DNA of 64,000 nucleotides from an uncultured Candidatus Poseidoniales archaeon (GTDB lineage Archaea; Thermoplasmatota; Poseidoniia; Poseidoniales; Poseidoniaceae), in the NCBI GenBank assembly GCA_902605365.1, contig CACLCM010000001.1, positions 6,762 through 70,761 of the forward strand. Reading direction: 5' to 3'. Numbering within the stretch: position 1 is the stretch's first letter; the number at the start of each line of letters is the position of its first letter. The position numbers and the translations under genes were made by a program. Of this stretch, positions 1-10,595 are shown piece after piece. Under the pieces are notes generated by a model. It saw only the letters and a list, made by a program, of their open reading frames with translations, made no database searches and was not told the DNA's origin.

Positions 1-193
1 CAGTATTTCTGGTGATAAAATGGAATTAGTCGCTAGGGGCTATACTGTTTGGGACGAATATACGATTCATGTCTCAATTGAATGGACTAACTTCAGAGGA
101 AACGATGTACAAGACAGTTTTTCCTTCGAGGTATCAGATGCTCAGACTGCTATCTTCAATCATGATTGTGATGGAGTGACGTGGTTTCTGTGA
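1..193 (+). CDS. 3' end of a hypothetical protein (5'-truncated)
   Basis: Frame from nt 2 is open (SISGDKMELVARGYTVWDEY...GVTWFL) to TGA at 191-193. This overlaps GTG at 190 of the next gene. Confidence 0.6.
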   Translation, partial: SISGDKMELVARGYTVWDEYTIHVSIEWTNFRGNDVQDSFSFEVSDAQTAIFNHDCDGVTWFL

Positions 194-3100
194 AATCTTT
201 TCACCAGCCAAGGCATGCGCGTAGCGCAATTCTTCTTATTCTGATATTCCTAATTTCAGGGATTCCAGTCTCCAATGAATCAGGTCAGGCAGACATTGAT
301 GACAGTGTTGAGTGGCTACGTTTTGACCTTCCCGATGATTCGATTCGTAATCTCGTAGGACAATTGGATGAAACGCTGTCAATGGAAGAAAGGCCACTAT
401 TGGCTCATTCACGATTGGGAGTTCATGACGCATCAGGGTTATTATTTGATGATGAAATTCCTGATGAGTTACTGGTTACAAGGCCTGATTTATCCTTGGT
501 CTTAGTTTCCACTGATTACAGATTTTCAGAAGTTAGAGACGCAATATCAGACCAAAATGGTGTTGAGGTTAGAGAATTTATTTCACCATCTGGATTACTC
601 GTTCAAGGAACTCAAAACGGTCTTTCGATGCTAAAAGATGTGAAAGGCGTAGCTGCTGTTCAACCCGTACCAATTGCAATGCTTGTGGATTTTTCAGTAA
701 TGGATGAATCTGAGAACACCCCGGTCAGAATCGAATCTTGGAGAGCGGAATCATTGCTACCTGGTGTAGATATTGCAGATGACTGGGGTATGAGGCTACA
801 TCAGGAAATCGATATTGTCGCTAAGTCAATGCTAAGCGACTCAACTCTGGCAGAAACTGGCCGTTATGATGGAGTAACTCTTGCGTCGATTGCGTCGATT
901 GCTTCAGAGCCATCCGTTGCTTGGATTGGCCTTCAGCCCGAATTAACAATTTGGAACGATAATGCACGAAATCACATGAACATAAATGCCATGAAATCAT
1001 TTTACACAACCGACTTAGATGGTTCAGGCCAGATAATCGCAGTTGCAGACTCTGGATTAGACCATGACCACGGTGATTTCGGTAGTCGAATCATTGGAAA
1101 TGTCGATGTTATCGGAGACGGTTCGACAGCCGATGCCCATTCAGGGCACGGAACTCACGTTGCATGTACCGTTCTTGGTGATGGTAGTCGAGGTAATTAT
1201 GCAGGAGTTGCTCCTGAAGCAGAACTATATTTCCAAGCAATGGAGAATGACAATAGTGGAAATTTCCAATGGGCCAGTATCAATAATATGTTGAATACCG
1301 CTTACAGTAATGATGCTAGAATACACACTAATTCTTGGGGGTCTTCATCATCATCTGATTGGGGAGCATACACTTCTTCATCAGAAGATGTAGATGATAG
1401 GACTCGTTACTATGACCAATATTACAGTGGCAGAGAAGGACTAGTAGTACTCTTTGCCGCAGGTAACGATGGCCCTGATAGCGATACTATTGGCTCACCT
1501 GCTACCGCAAAGAATCCGATCACAGTAGGTAATTCTCAAAATAGATATCAAGGCGCTCCTAATTCAATAATGGACGGTTCTAGCAGAGGGCCGGTTGATG
1601 ATGGTCGAATCAAACCAGATATTCTGGCCCCAGGGGGATATGTTCGCTCTTGCAGGGCTCAAGAAGCAACTGATACCGGGGGCTCAACATGGAGTAACAA
1701 CTGGTATCTGGAATATACAGGAACAAGTATGGCAACTCCAAATGCCGCAGGGACTGCAGCACTAATTCGTGAATATATCACCGAAGTCGCACAAAGGCCT
1801 GAACCACAAGGAGCATTGGTGAAGGCATTGATGATTCTTGGAGCTCAAGACATTGGTTCACGAGATGTCCCGAATATGGACGAGGGCTGGGGCCGCATAG
1901 ACCTCAAGTCAACATTAGCTCCAAATAACGGCCGTGGAATATGGGTGGATGACCGTTCAGTACTCTCTTCAACAGGTAACTCGAAGAGTTATTCCTTCGA
2001 TATTACAACTGCAAACCAGCCCTTCAAAGCAGTTCTCGCATGGTCCGATGAACGTGGCTCAAGATTTTCTAATACTCAGTTAGTAAACAATTTGAATTTA
2101 CTAGTTACGACTCCTAGTGGAGTCGAATACAAAGGAAACGAATTTTCTCAAGGGCGCTCAATCCAAGGTGGAAATTATGATTCACTAAACAATGTCGAGG
2201 TCATTTTGGTTGATTCGGCTGAGATGGGTCTATGGACGGTAAAGGTGACAGATGCCGGCCATTCAGGCTCCAAAGCTCAACCGTTTGCAATCGCAGTTTC
2301 AGGAGTTGGAGTCAATGACTTACGACCTGACCCTTCTCCAGTTTTATCCTCCTTCCAAACCGATATCGCAATACCTCAAGTTGGAGACGATGTTCTTGTT
2401 GAAATGTCTGTGACCAATCTCGGAAATGTAGAAGCCGAAAATGTTGAAGTAATCTTTCAAGAAGAAGGGATTTCAATCGATACGCAAACTTTCGATTTAG
2501 GGCCGGGGGGTTCTAAGTTACTATTCTGGGACTGGGAGCCTCAAACAGCGGGCGGAAGGACCCTTTCTTTCCTAGTTGATAGCAGTGACACAATCGATGA
2601 AATAAATGAAGATAACAATCGAATTGACATAATCGTAAACGTGACGACCCCTGGCGTTAGAATAGAATCTGCAAGCCCTACTTTCGTATTGGATGACATT
2701 AATGCAACATCATCATCTTGGCAAATAACTCTAACCAATACAGCGCTTCTTACTACTAATGCTTCTATCTCAACCACTGGAGTAATCAATCCAGATGGTG
2801 GCTCGGAATCATGGTATGTTGGATTAGATGATACAGATTTCAAATTAGACGGACAAGAAGGAGCTCTCATCAACGTTACTCTTGTACATCCTGAAGGGCC
2901 ATCGCCCGGAATATATCTCATCAATTTACTAGGATATGATGAGGATAATGCGGTGAGTAGCCCTTACACACTATTGTTGGACGTACCGACTCTTTCACAG
3001 ACTAGAATCGAATATGATTATACCGTAATTCCAGTAGATCCTTCTATCCCAACTTCGATTGATATTAGATTATTTAATCTTGGAAATAGTGATGTCGGCT

Positions 3101-4635
3101 ATGATCTATTCCTTGAAGCGCCTCCTGGTTGGCATGCTGGTTTTGATGACCTTTCATCCCAAGGAGGCGCTAACTCCGCTTCTACAGGGCTGATGCTAAA
3201 GGATGGACAAATGAGTATTGGTATTACTTTCACTCCACCTCAAGTGATGACTTTAGCGGGTGCAGAATTAACTGTTGTATTCAAGGTAGTTTCACAGACT
3301 GAAGACTCCAAGATGGTAGAATACGAATTGCCACTTTCTGTCGATGAAATATCTTTGGCAGTAGTAGACTTAGAGACCTCCTTCTCATCGATTATTCCCG
3401 GCAACTCCCTCTCGTTACAATATACGATTGAAAACCGTGGTAATATCGATTTATTGTTATCTCCCAGAATGCAATTGCCGAATGGTTGGATGCAAAACAC
3501 GAATCTCGAAGATATTGATCTATCATGGACTGAATCGAGAAACATTGTGATATCGATTTCAGCAGGTCAAGACGCTAAGAGTGGTGAAATCAAATTGATT
3601 ATGGATTCAGGTCAAGATTCTTGGAGTCATACTGAAGATGTCGATGTCATCGTTTTGGCTGAACCCAAGTTGACCTTTACGTCGGTCGAAATTGCAGGTG
3701 AGACATGGTCCAATATATTCGGTCCTGGCCAACATCCAGCTGGTGTTCCAATCAATTACACGTGGGTTGTAGAGAATTTAGCAGACACAGATTGGAATCC
3801 TTCAGTGTCGTTACAATTAGAGGATAATTTGCTTGGAGAATGTACGTCGCCAGGTCAAATATCTCGAGGCGAGGTCAAACCCATGACTTGTACGATAATT
3901 ATCTCCGCTATGGCTGAACCATCTACTGAGCCTGAGTTCAAAGTAACACTTTCAGGCGATATGGTTTCAACAAATGAAACAGTCACTATGTTAGTTGCTT
4001 TATCTAAAGAAGTGACTTGGAAGATAGACGGTCCTGAAGTATTGCAGACAGGTGAGACTTCAACTACACAGTTGACAATCACTAATATTGGGAATACCAT
4101 TGTTTCAGGAACCGTTGTAACAACTGTAACTGATGGTTGGGATGTTGAATTCGATGGTGCGGATTCAGTAAATCTACAAGCTGGTCAATCGCAAAAGATT
4201 AGATTGAAAATAACAGCGAATCAACCAGGTGAGGGTGAAATCTCAGTTTCTATTTCAGGTACTGATGAAGTTGATGGCTCACAGATTGTCCTTGAAATGT
4301 CTAGCAATGGTGAAGTAACGGGAGCTGAGAGCGAATCATTCCTTTCCGAATATTGGATATTGCTGTTAATCATACCAGTGATATTGGGGGCTGTTGCATT
4401 CATAATGCTGAGGAATAGAGATGAAAATTCAATTCCAACCAATGCTCCAATTAGTACTCAATTCCAGTTACCTACGCAACCTGAAAATACAACTCCCTGC
4501 TTCTCTTGTAGGCAACCGATTTTGTCGATGATGGTTGGATGTCCTTCATGTGGTGCGAGATATCATTCGGTTTGCAAAGTCACAAAGTGCATAAATTGTG
4601 ACGCGGACTCGTCCAATTTCGTAAATGTGGAGTGA
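190..4635 (+). CDS. Membrane-anchored S8 (subtilisin-like) serine protease with CARDB/Ig-like domains and a C-terminal Zn finger
   Basis: Catalytic triad motifs VADSGLD, HSGHGTHVA and GTSMATP; oxyanion motif AAGNDG; N-terminal signal peptide; CARDB-like 'VDSSDTIDEINEDNN'; C-terminal TM helix followed by CxxC pairs. The ORF is open from 181; GTG at 190 fits a GTGA overlap. Confidence 0.92.
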   Translation: MKSFHQPRHARSAILLILIFLISGIPVSNESGQADIDDSVEWLRFDLPDDSIRNLVGQLDETLSMEERPLLAHSRLGVHDASGLLFDDEIPDELLVTRPDLSLVLVSTDYRFSEVRDAISDQNGVEVREFISPSGLLVQGTQNGLSMLKDVKGVAAVQPVPIAMLVDFSVMDESENTPVRIESWRAESLLPGVDIADDWGMRLHQEIDIVAKSMLSDSTLAETGRYDGVTLASIASIASEPSVAWIGLQPELTIWNDNARNHMNINAMKSFYTTDLDGSGQIIAVADSGLDHDHGDFGSRIIGNVDVIGDGSTADAHSGHGTHVACTVLGDGSRGNYAGVAPEAELYFQAMENDNSGNFQWASINNMLNTAYSNDARIHTNSWGSSSSSDWGAYTSSSEDVDDRTRYYDQYYSGREGLVVLFAAGNDGPDSDTIGSPATAKNPITVGNSQNRYQGAPNSIMDGSSRGPVDDGRIKPDILAPGGYVRSCRAQEATDTGGSTWSNNWYLEYTGTSMATPNAAGTAALIREYITEVAQRPEPQGALVKALMILGAQDIGSRDVPNMDEGWGRIDLKSTLAPNNGRGIWVDDRSVLSSTGNSKSYSFDITTANQPFKAVLAWSDERGSRFSNTQLVNNLNLLVTTPSGVEYKGNEFSQGRSIQGGNYDSLNNVEVILVDSAEMGLWTVKVTDAGHSGSKAQPFAIAVSGVGVNDLRPDPSPVLSSFQTDIAIPQVGDDVLVEMSVTNLGNVEAENVEVIFQEEGISIDTQTFDLGPGGSKLLFWDWEPQTAGGRTLSFLVDSSDTIDEINEDNNRIDIIVNVTTPGVRIESASPTFVLDDINATSSSWQITLTNTALLTTNASISTTGVINPDGGSESWYVGLDDTDFKLDGQEGALINVTLVHPEGPSPGIYLINLLGYDEDNAVSSPYTLLLDVPTLSQTRIEYDYTVIPVDPSIPTSIDIRLFNLGNSDVGYDLFLEAPPGWHAGFDDLSSQGGANSASTGLMLKDGQMSIGITFTPPQVMTLAGAELTVVFKVVSQTEDSKMVEYELPLSVDEISLAVVDLETSFSSIIPGNSLSLQYTIENRGNIDLLLSPRMQLPNGWMQNTNLEDIDLSWTESRNIVISISAGQDAKSGEIKLIMDSGQDSWSHTEDVDVIVLAEPKLTFTSVEIAGETWSNIFGPGQHPAGVPINYTWVVENLADTDWNPSVSLQLEDNLLGECTSPGQISRGEVKPMTCTIIISAMAEPSTEPEFKVTLSGDMVSTNETVTMLVALSKEVTWKIDGPEVLQTGETSTTQLTITNIGNTIVSGTVVTTVTDGWDVEFDGADSVNLQAGQSQKIRLKITANQPGEGEISVSISGTDEVDGSQIVLEMSSNGEVTGAESESFLSEYWILLLIIPVILGAVAFIMLRNRDENSIPTNAPISTQFQLPTQPENTTPCFSCRQPILSMMVGCPSCGARYHSVCKVTKCINCDADSSNFVNVE

Positions 4636-4688
4636 ATAAATGAGCATTAGCGCATAGCCTTTTACTGTGAGCACTGCGACCGGGGTTC

Positions 4689-7586
4689 ATGGAACCCCGC
4701 AGACGAGACACAAAACGAGGTCAACATCGAGCCAGTATTCTACTGGTTTCATTGTTACTGATTTCACTGGTTCCAGCAATTGCAAACCCTGTTACTGCGG
4801 ACGATTCTGGCAGGGATGCTAACATCTCACTTTCGATTACGCCTAGTTCCCAAACAGTAAACCCTGGAGAGACTGCAGAATACACCGTTCGCGTTTACAA
4901 CAATGGCGCCAATCCGGTTTCGGTAAATTTAGCGGCAACCAATGAACAAGATTGTACAGGATATTCCTCTGCTATTGGTCAAATAGGGCAGCCAATTGAC
5001 TCAGGTTCCTATGAGGAAACTTTCCTCAATGTCTCCCTCGCTCAAAATGCAGAAGGGTCGTGTATCACTACCGTTACAGCAAATGCCAATGAGCAAGTAA
5101 CTCCTCCTGACCAACCAGGAGCACCAGCTCAGTCTACTCAAGATGTTGAGACAACAGCCGGCGACGGAGCCGGCTCTGCGGTTTTCGGTGTTGAATTGAC
5201 AGTCGACAACCCTCACAAGCAATGGTCTGGTGAAACTACAATTGAATGGGATGTAGAAGTAGAAAATACAGGTCGAGTTCAAGAGACAATTGATCTTACT
5301 ATCGATACAGTTGGAGGTTCAGGATGTACTTCAGATGGAAGTATGTCAATAGATGTTGAACCTAGTCAAGTGCAACTCGACAATGAATCTTCAGAATGGG
5401 TAACTGTTACTTTAGAAGTTCCAGAAGGTAAAGCTAGTGACAAGTACTGCTGGGAAATCGAAGGAGTTGTTTCCAATGACCAAAACCCCAACGGAAGCGC
5501 ATCTGATGTAGAAGAGTTTGATCTCAACGTTCCAGAGTTGAAGGAATGTGAATTAACTCTATCAAAGTCCAGTATGAGTATAGAGCCTGGAGAGACGGGA
5601 ACTCTAGTTGCCACATTTACTAACGAAGGTAATACTGATTGGTCCGTCAATGTTGGATTCACAGGTAGCCATTCAATGTGGGCTAGCGTTGATGGCGCAT
5701 CTAGTGGAATGCTGCCATATAATGGTGGCAATGGCGAAAAAGAGTTCACAATCGAAGTCACTCCAGATGATTCGATTGAGGCTAATTCGCAAAAGTCGAT
5801 AACAATTCAAGGCAAAGATGGAAACACAGCAAAATGTAATGCTGAAGTTTCGATTACAGTAGGGCAATCTCGAGGCGCAATAATGTCATTGGGTAACACT
5901 GCATTGTACAATGTCGAGCCTGGACAAAACGCTACTACAACCTTGACTGTAACCAATCAGGGTAACGGTCCAGATACCTTCCGAGTATCAGCTTCAGCCC
6001 CGCCTTCTGGTTGGTCAGTCTCACTTGAGTCCTCGACAATTTCTACTCAGTCAAGGCACAGTAATGAAAAATCTGGAACGATTGATGTCTCAATTTCTCT
6101 GCCAAATGATGCTCTTGCAACAGAAGAAGTAACGATAACTTTCTCAGTTATGCCAACTTCAAGTGGCGGGTCTTATGACACTCAAGAGTTGAAAATCACA
6201 GTCAAATCGGTCCATGCAATGAGTGGAAATGCTCCTGCTGAAGACCAAACCGGTCGCTCAGATACTACTGTTCAATTCCCTCTAACCATAACCAATGATG
6301 GAAACACACTTGACAGATTCCGCTTCTCTGTAATTTCTCAAACAGCTCAACCTGGTTGGGGCAAACATTTCGAAACAGCAGATGGAACAATTGTCACAGA
6401 AGTCGATATCGATGCGAGAACCACAGTAACAATGTACCTTGTAGTGTCTATTGATGGGGAAGAAGAATTGGAGAGTTCAAGGCTTACAGTTAGAGTAACT
6501 AATCTTGGAGACAACAATAATGGCGACGATGATAATGACAATGTTCCAGATAACCAGTTGGAATTTGTATTCAGAGCGATCCTATCTGACAGGGATTTTG
6601 CAATGGATGTAATCATCATGAATTCTCCTGATGATTTAACTCGTAATGCAATGCTGATATTGCCACCAGGTGGTTCACAAACATATTACCTGATGGTGAC
6701 TAATACTGGAGATATGACCGACGAAGCAATCTTTGATTTCAGCGGATTATCCGGTACTGCAACCCGTAGTTTAACTTTCAGAGGTATGCCAATAGATGGG
6801 CCTATCTCGATTCCTAAAGGATGGGGCGCTTACAATGAATCAACCGGGACATTCTACTTTGACGGTAATTCTCCTCTAATCGGCTCAAGCGAAGACAAAA
6901 TCTTCGAGAAGATAGTCGCAAATGATTTGGTAGATTCTCATTCACCTGCTCCATATTACGCTATTATTCTGATGGAGGTCGGAGTAAATTCTGGAGCAGA
7001 AAATGGCGATGGTGGTTTACTGGAAGTAGTGGTTACTTCAGTATCAAATGCTGCAAATAGGAGCGGTAAAATCACTATATCTCTGTCAGTGGAAACAGTT
7101 CTTGACGTTGAAATGGAACTGATGGGTGGCGTTGAGAAAGACATCGTCTTTGGCGAGATTGGTAACTCTGCCCGTTTCGAGGTTTTACTGTCTAATTCAG
7201 GAAATGTAGAGTCTGAGTTCAAGGTATTTTCTAGTGGTGGTTTGCGCGGTTGGAGTGTAATTCTCAGTTCTGAATCTAACTCTATCTGTGAAAACAAAGG
7301 AGACCATCTTCTTTGTACTCTAGATGAAGGTGAATCTGTGATGATCTATGCGAAAGTAAACCCTCCTAGCGGCGATAATACTGAAGTTGAAGATTCCTTT
7401 ACCTTCACACTTTCAACAGAGCCATCGGACATTGGTTTGGTAGGTAGGGAGAACCTTGAATTGACAGTAAATGGCCAACCCGAGGAGTTTGCATTCAATT
7501 CTCTGATTACTCCGAATGTTTTGATGTCAATGGCGGCATTAGTGCTTATTGGGTTTGCATATCTTGCTCTGCGTCGTCGTAACTGA
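4689..7586 (+). CDS. Large cell-surface protein with repeated Ig-like (CARDB/NEW3-type) domains
   Basis: Signal peptide, repeated 'V.N.GN..D' beta-sandwich motifs, acidic composition, C-terminal TM helix plus RRRN. Confidence 0.75.
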   Translation: MEPRRRDTKRGQHRASILLVSLLLISLVPAIANPVTADDSGRDANISLSITPSSQTVNPGETAEYTVRVYNNGANPVSVNLAATNEQDCTGYSSAIGQIGQPIDSGSYEETFLNVSLAQNAEGSCITTVTANANEQVTPPDQPGAPAQSTQDVETTAGDGAGSAVFGVELTVDNPHKQWSGETTIEWDVEVENTGRVQETIDLTIDTVGGSGCTSDGSMSIDVEPSQVQLDNESSEWVTVTLEVPEGKASDKYCWEIEGVVSNDQNPNGSASDVEEFDLNVPELKECELTLSKSSMSIEPGETGTLVATFTNEGNTDWSVNVGFTGSHSMWASVDGASSGMLPYNGGNGEKEFTIEVTPDDSIEANSQKSITIQGKDGNTAKCNAEVSITVGQSRGAIMSLGNTALYNVEPGQNATTTLTVTNQGNGPDTFRVSASAPPSGWSVSLESSTISTQSRHSNEKSGTIDVSISLPNDALATEEVTITFSVMPTSSGGSYDTQELKITVKSVHAMSGNAPAEDQTGRSDTTVQFPLTITNDGNTLDRFRFSVISQTAQPGWGKHFETADGTIVTEVDIDARTTVTMYLVVSIDGEEELESSRLTVRVTNLGDNNNGDDDNDNVPDNQLEFVFRAILSDRDFAMDVIIMNSPDDLTRNAMLILPPGGSQTYYLMVTNTGDMTDEAIFDFSGLSGTATRSLTFRGMPIDGPISIPKGWGAYNESTGTFYFDGNSPLIGSSEDKIFEKIVANDLVDSHSPAPYYAIILMEVGVNSGAENGDGGLLEVVVTSVSNAANRSGKITISLSVETVLDVEMELMGGVEKDIVFGEIGNSARFEVLLSNSGNVESEFKVFSSGGLRGWSVILSSESNSICENKGDHLLCTLDEGESVMIYAKVNPPSGDNTEVEDSFTFTLSTEPSDIGLVGRENLELTVNGQPEEFAFNSLITPNVLMSMAALVLIGFAYLALRRRN

Positions 7587-7600
7587 CCCCTACGGGGTCA
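7584..7600. terminator. Perfect hairpin TGACCCC-TAC-GGGGTCA at the stop of the surface-protein gene
   Basis: 7-bp perfect inverted repeat overlapping the stop codon. Terminator versus protein-binding site is uncertain. Confidence 0.4.
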
Positions 7601-7705
7601 TGGACTATTCTATCGCTTCACTCGCGTGGGCGTGAGACAACGCTTATGGATGGTTGTCGTTTGGCCTAGACTAGAGAGTGACATCACTCTCGGTTGGTGG
7701 CATAG

Positions 7706-8179
7706 TTGGTCGGCGCAGAAACGGTAACTGGCACCTACCTTTCTATGGTCATTATGACACTCATTGGAATCGGTATGCCACTGGGTGCTTTCATCACTCA
7801 GTACTTCGTAATGCCAAAGGTCGACGCAGCTCGGCCACACATGACAAAATCATGGCTGATGGAAGGCTATGAGAAAGACCACAGCCTCTATCCTCGCCGT
7901 CTTTCAACCTACGAATGTGGTTCTGAGCCAGTCGGCGAGGCGATGATTCAATTCCACTTCCAATATTATTGGTATGCCATTATTTTCTTGGTATTCGATG
8001 TCGCTTTCATGTTCATGGCCTTGGGTGGATTGTTGGCTATGGATGCCACAAAGACTAGCTCTGGAAGTTCATCAATTGACTTGGTCGGAACCGAGATGAT
8101 TGTTTTGACGATATTCTTTGCCACTATGGTTCTAGGAGTTTGGCACGTATTCCGTAAGCGAGGCCGCATTTACATCTGA
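7706..8179 (+). CDS. nuoA: NADH-quinone oxidoreductase subunit A (complex I-like)
   Basis: YECGSEP motif, YYWYAIIFLVFDV, three TM helices; first gene of the operon. Confidence 0.92.
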   Translation: MVGAETVTGTYLSMVIMTLIGIGMPLGAFITQYFVMPKVDAARPHMTKSWLMEGYEKDHSLYPRRLSTYECGSEPVGEAMIQFHFQYYWYAIIFLVFDVAFMFMALGGLLAMDATKTSSGSSSIDLVGTEMIVLTIFFATMVLGVWHVFRKRGRIYI

Positions 8180-8188
8180 GGTGATAAA

Positions 8189-8782
8189 GTGAGTGATACT
8201 GGGGAGAACTACACTACATTCAACAGTAGGGCGTTGGTTGAAGTTGTTGGCGATGTTACTGATGAGGCGCTAAAGGCGACCAAGATCAAACAATTACTCA
8301 GCGTACTTGCTGGCCGGTTTTTCAACTGGGCTGGAAGGAAGTCATTGTTCACACTCCACCTTGGAATCAAATGCTGCGCTATTGAAATGGCTGCCGCTGC
8401 AACTCCGAGATTTGACGGAGATCGTTTCGGAGTTCTATTCCGTTCAAGTCCTCGCCAATCAGATGTTCTCCTCGTCAACGGACCAATTTCCAAGAAGTTT
8501 GCAGACCCAATTGTCCGCCTATGGGAGCAAATGCCTGAGCCAAAATATTGCATCGCTATGGGCGAGTGCGCAATTTCTGGAGGGCCCTACTATCAATCAT
8601 ACAACATATTGGAAGGGGTAGATACTGTAATTCCGGTGGATGTTTATGTTCCTGGCTGCCCACCTCGTCCTGAAACACTAATCGACGGATTTGGTAAACT
8701 CCGTGAGAAAATTATCCGAATAGGCGGTGCTCCATCCACTGGCCGTGACGGTGACAAGCCAATTATTGTCGGAGATGATTGA
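8189..8782 (+). CDS. nuoB: NADH-quinone oxidoreductase subunit B
   Basis: CCAIEM, SPRQSDV, MGECAISGG and VDVYVPGCPPRPE (N2 cluster ligands); GAGGTGA RBS. Confidence 0.95.
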   Translation: MSDTGENYTTFNSRALVEVVGDVTDEALKATKIKQLLSVLAGRFFNWAGRKSLFTLHLGIKCCAIEMAAAATPRFDGDRFGVLFRSSPRQSDVLLVNGPISKKFADPIVRLWEQMPEPKYCIAMGECAISGGPYYQSYNILEGVDTVIPVDVYVPGCPPRPETLIDGFGKLREKIIRIGGAPSTGRDGDKPIIVGDD

Positions 8783-9436
8783 ATGGGAACTACCGTTACA
8801 ATCGAACAGAATGCAGAAGCCGCAAAGGCTTGTGTTGAATCACTTAATTCTCGTTTTAGTGATGCTGGAGTAACGGCAGAGGCAGTTGCACAGACATCTG
8901 GCAAGAAACATGAATTCGTTAGAATCATTTGTTCTCCTAGTCAGTTGAGAGCAATTGCTAAGTTTTTGAAACTTGAAATGGGCGTAAATCACTGTGCCAT
9001 GGTCACAGGTACGCACTTTCCCGAAGGAAGTGCAGATAGAGGCTGGGAAGTGGCATACCACTTGAACAGATGGCCTATCGCTAATGTCGAAGCTCATACG
9101 ATGACTGTCCTCAAAGGAGAGGAACTCAAAGGCGACGACATCCCTATGGGATTCGAGATATTCATCCCTCTTCCTGCCGGAGACTCACCTTCTGTGCCTA
9201 CAATTCAAGACATCTGGGAAGGGGCAGACTGGAATGAAAAAGAAACCTGGGATCTAGTGGGGATCGATTTCGAAGGACATGTCAATATGCACCGTGTGCT
9301 AAATCCTCACGACTCACCAGTTGGATTCCATCCACTACAACGCCAACACAAGATTCGCTATCATGATTTCAATGAGATGTATGACGACCCTCAAGGGTTC
9401 GGTAGAAAGCCGATCGATGAGGGCCGGGTAAAGTGA
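8783..9436 (+). CDS. nuoC: NADH-quinone oxidoreductase subunit C
   Basis: 'IWEGADWNEKETWDLVGIDFEGH...HPL' signature; operon position. Confidence 0.9.
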   Translation: MGTTVTIEQNAEAAKACVESLNSRFSDAGVTAEAVAQTSGKKHEFVRIICSPSQLRAIAKFLKLEMGVNHCAMVTGTHFPEGSADRGWEVAYHLNRWPIANVEAHTMTVLKGEELKGDDIPMGFEIFIPLPAGDSPSVPTIQDIWEGADWNEKETWDLVGIDFEGHVNMHRVLNPHDSPVGFHPLQRQHKIRYHDFNEMYDDPQGFGRKPIDEGRVK

Positions 9437-9445
9437 GGTGGTATT

Positions 9446-10585
9446 ATGGCAGAAATGTGGATTACAATGGGGCCTCAGCATCCTATGACTCACGGTCTTT
9501 GGACTCTGAGAGTCAAGATTGATGGAGAAACAGTCACCGATACCGAAGCAGAATTGGGATACATCCATCGCGGTGTCGAGAAAATTTGTGAAGCAAGAGA
9601 TTTCACTCAAATCACTCCTTACTGTGACCGCCTTTGCTATGTTAGCGCAATGACTTGGGCTCATTCTTACGTAATGGCTGCAGAAGATCTTTTGGAAGCC
9701 GAAGTTCCAGAAAGAGCAGAATATATTCGCTTGATGGCTGCAGAAGTCCAAAGACTTGCAAGCCACTTGATGTGGCTTGGAGCGTTTGGTCCTGACATCG
9801 GAAATCTAACGCTAATGACATGGTGTCTGAGGGACCGTGAAATGTTCCTTGACCTTTTACAAGAATTAGGTGGTTCTCGAATGCACTACAATTACCCGCG
9901 TATTGGTGGAGTAAAGAGAGACCTTCCAATCGGATGGGCTAACAGATTGAAAGCCAAAGTAAAGCTCTTTGAAAACCGAATTAACGAGTACGAGATGCTA
10001 TTGGACGAATCTACAATTTGGTTGGTCAGACTCCAAGGAGTTGGATATGCTACTGCGGAAGACCAGCTCGACGCTGGAGTAACAGGGCCTAATATTCGTG
10101 CTGCAGGAGTAAATACAGATACACGATGGACCAATCCATATTCTGTTTATGACCAAGTCGATTGGGAGCCAGCAGTCGAGAAACCTACTAGCGTAAAAGG
10201 AGCGGATTGCTATGACAGGTATCGTGTCCGTATGGAAGAGATGCGACAATCTTGCCGCATGCTTTTAGATGCTATTGAAAAGATTCCTGGTGGAGCAAAT
10301 ACCCACTATCAGCCTGGAGATGAAATGATTCTAACCAAGGCGCCTACCCGTGCACCAGAAGGCGCCACTGGTTTCAGCACCTACGAATGTACCCGCGGTG
10401 TTTCTAACTTCTACATCCAAGGTGGTGGCGATAGCCGTGGTAAGAATCCGTATAGATTGTCTATACGTTCTCCGATATTCATTACAATTCCATATGTTGC
10501 CAAGACTATGATTGGTTACAAAGTTGCAGACATACCTGCGATCATGGGTAGTTTCGACCCATGTATAGGGGAAAGTGACCGTTGA
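9446..10585 (+). CDS. nuoD: NADH-quinone oxidoreductase subunit D
   Basis: GPQHPMTHG, GYIHRGVEK, DRLCY and C-terminal GESDR. No NiFe CxxC pairs. Confidence 0.95.
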   Translation: MAEMWITMGPQHPMTHGLWTLRVKIDGETVTDTEAELGYIHRGVEKICEARDFTQITPYCDRLCYVSAMTWAHSYVMAAEDLLEAEVPERAEYIRLMAAEVQRLASHLMWLGAFGPDIGNLTLMTWCLRDREMFLDLLQELGGSRMHYNYPRIGGVKRDLPIGWANRLKAKVKLFENRINEYEMLLDESTIWLVRLQGVGYATAEDQLDAGVTGPNIRAAGVNTDTRWTNPYSVYDQVDWEPAVEKPTSVKGADCYDRYRVRMEEMRQSCRMLLDAIEKIPGGANTHYQPGDEMILTKAPTRAPEGATGFSTYECTRGVSNFYIQGGGDSRGKNPYRLSIRSPIFITIPYVAKTMIGYKVADIPAIMGSFDPCIGESDR

Positions 10586-10595
10586 GGTGATTATC

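Noticed and set aside
8189..10585. Group 4 [NiFe] hydrogenase
   Set aside because: The large subunit lacks both CxxC Ni-binding motifs, and the small subunit has the tandem CC typical of complex I.
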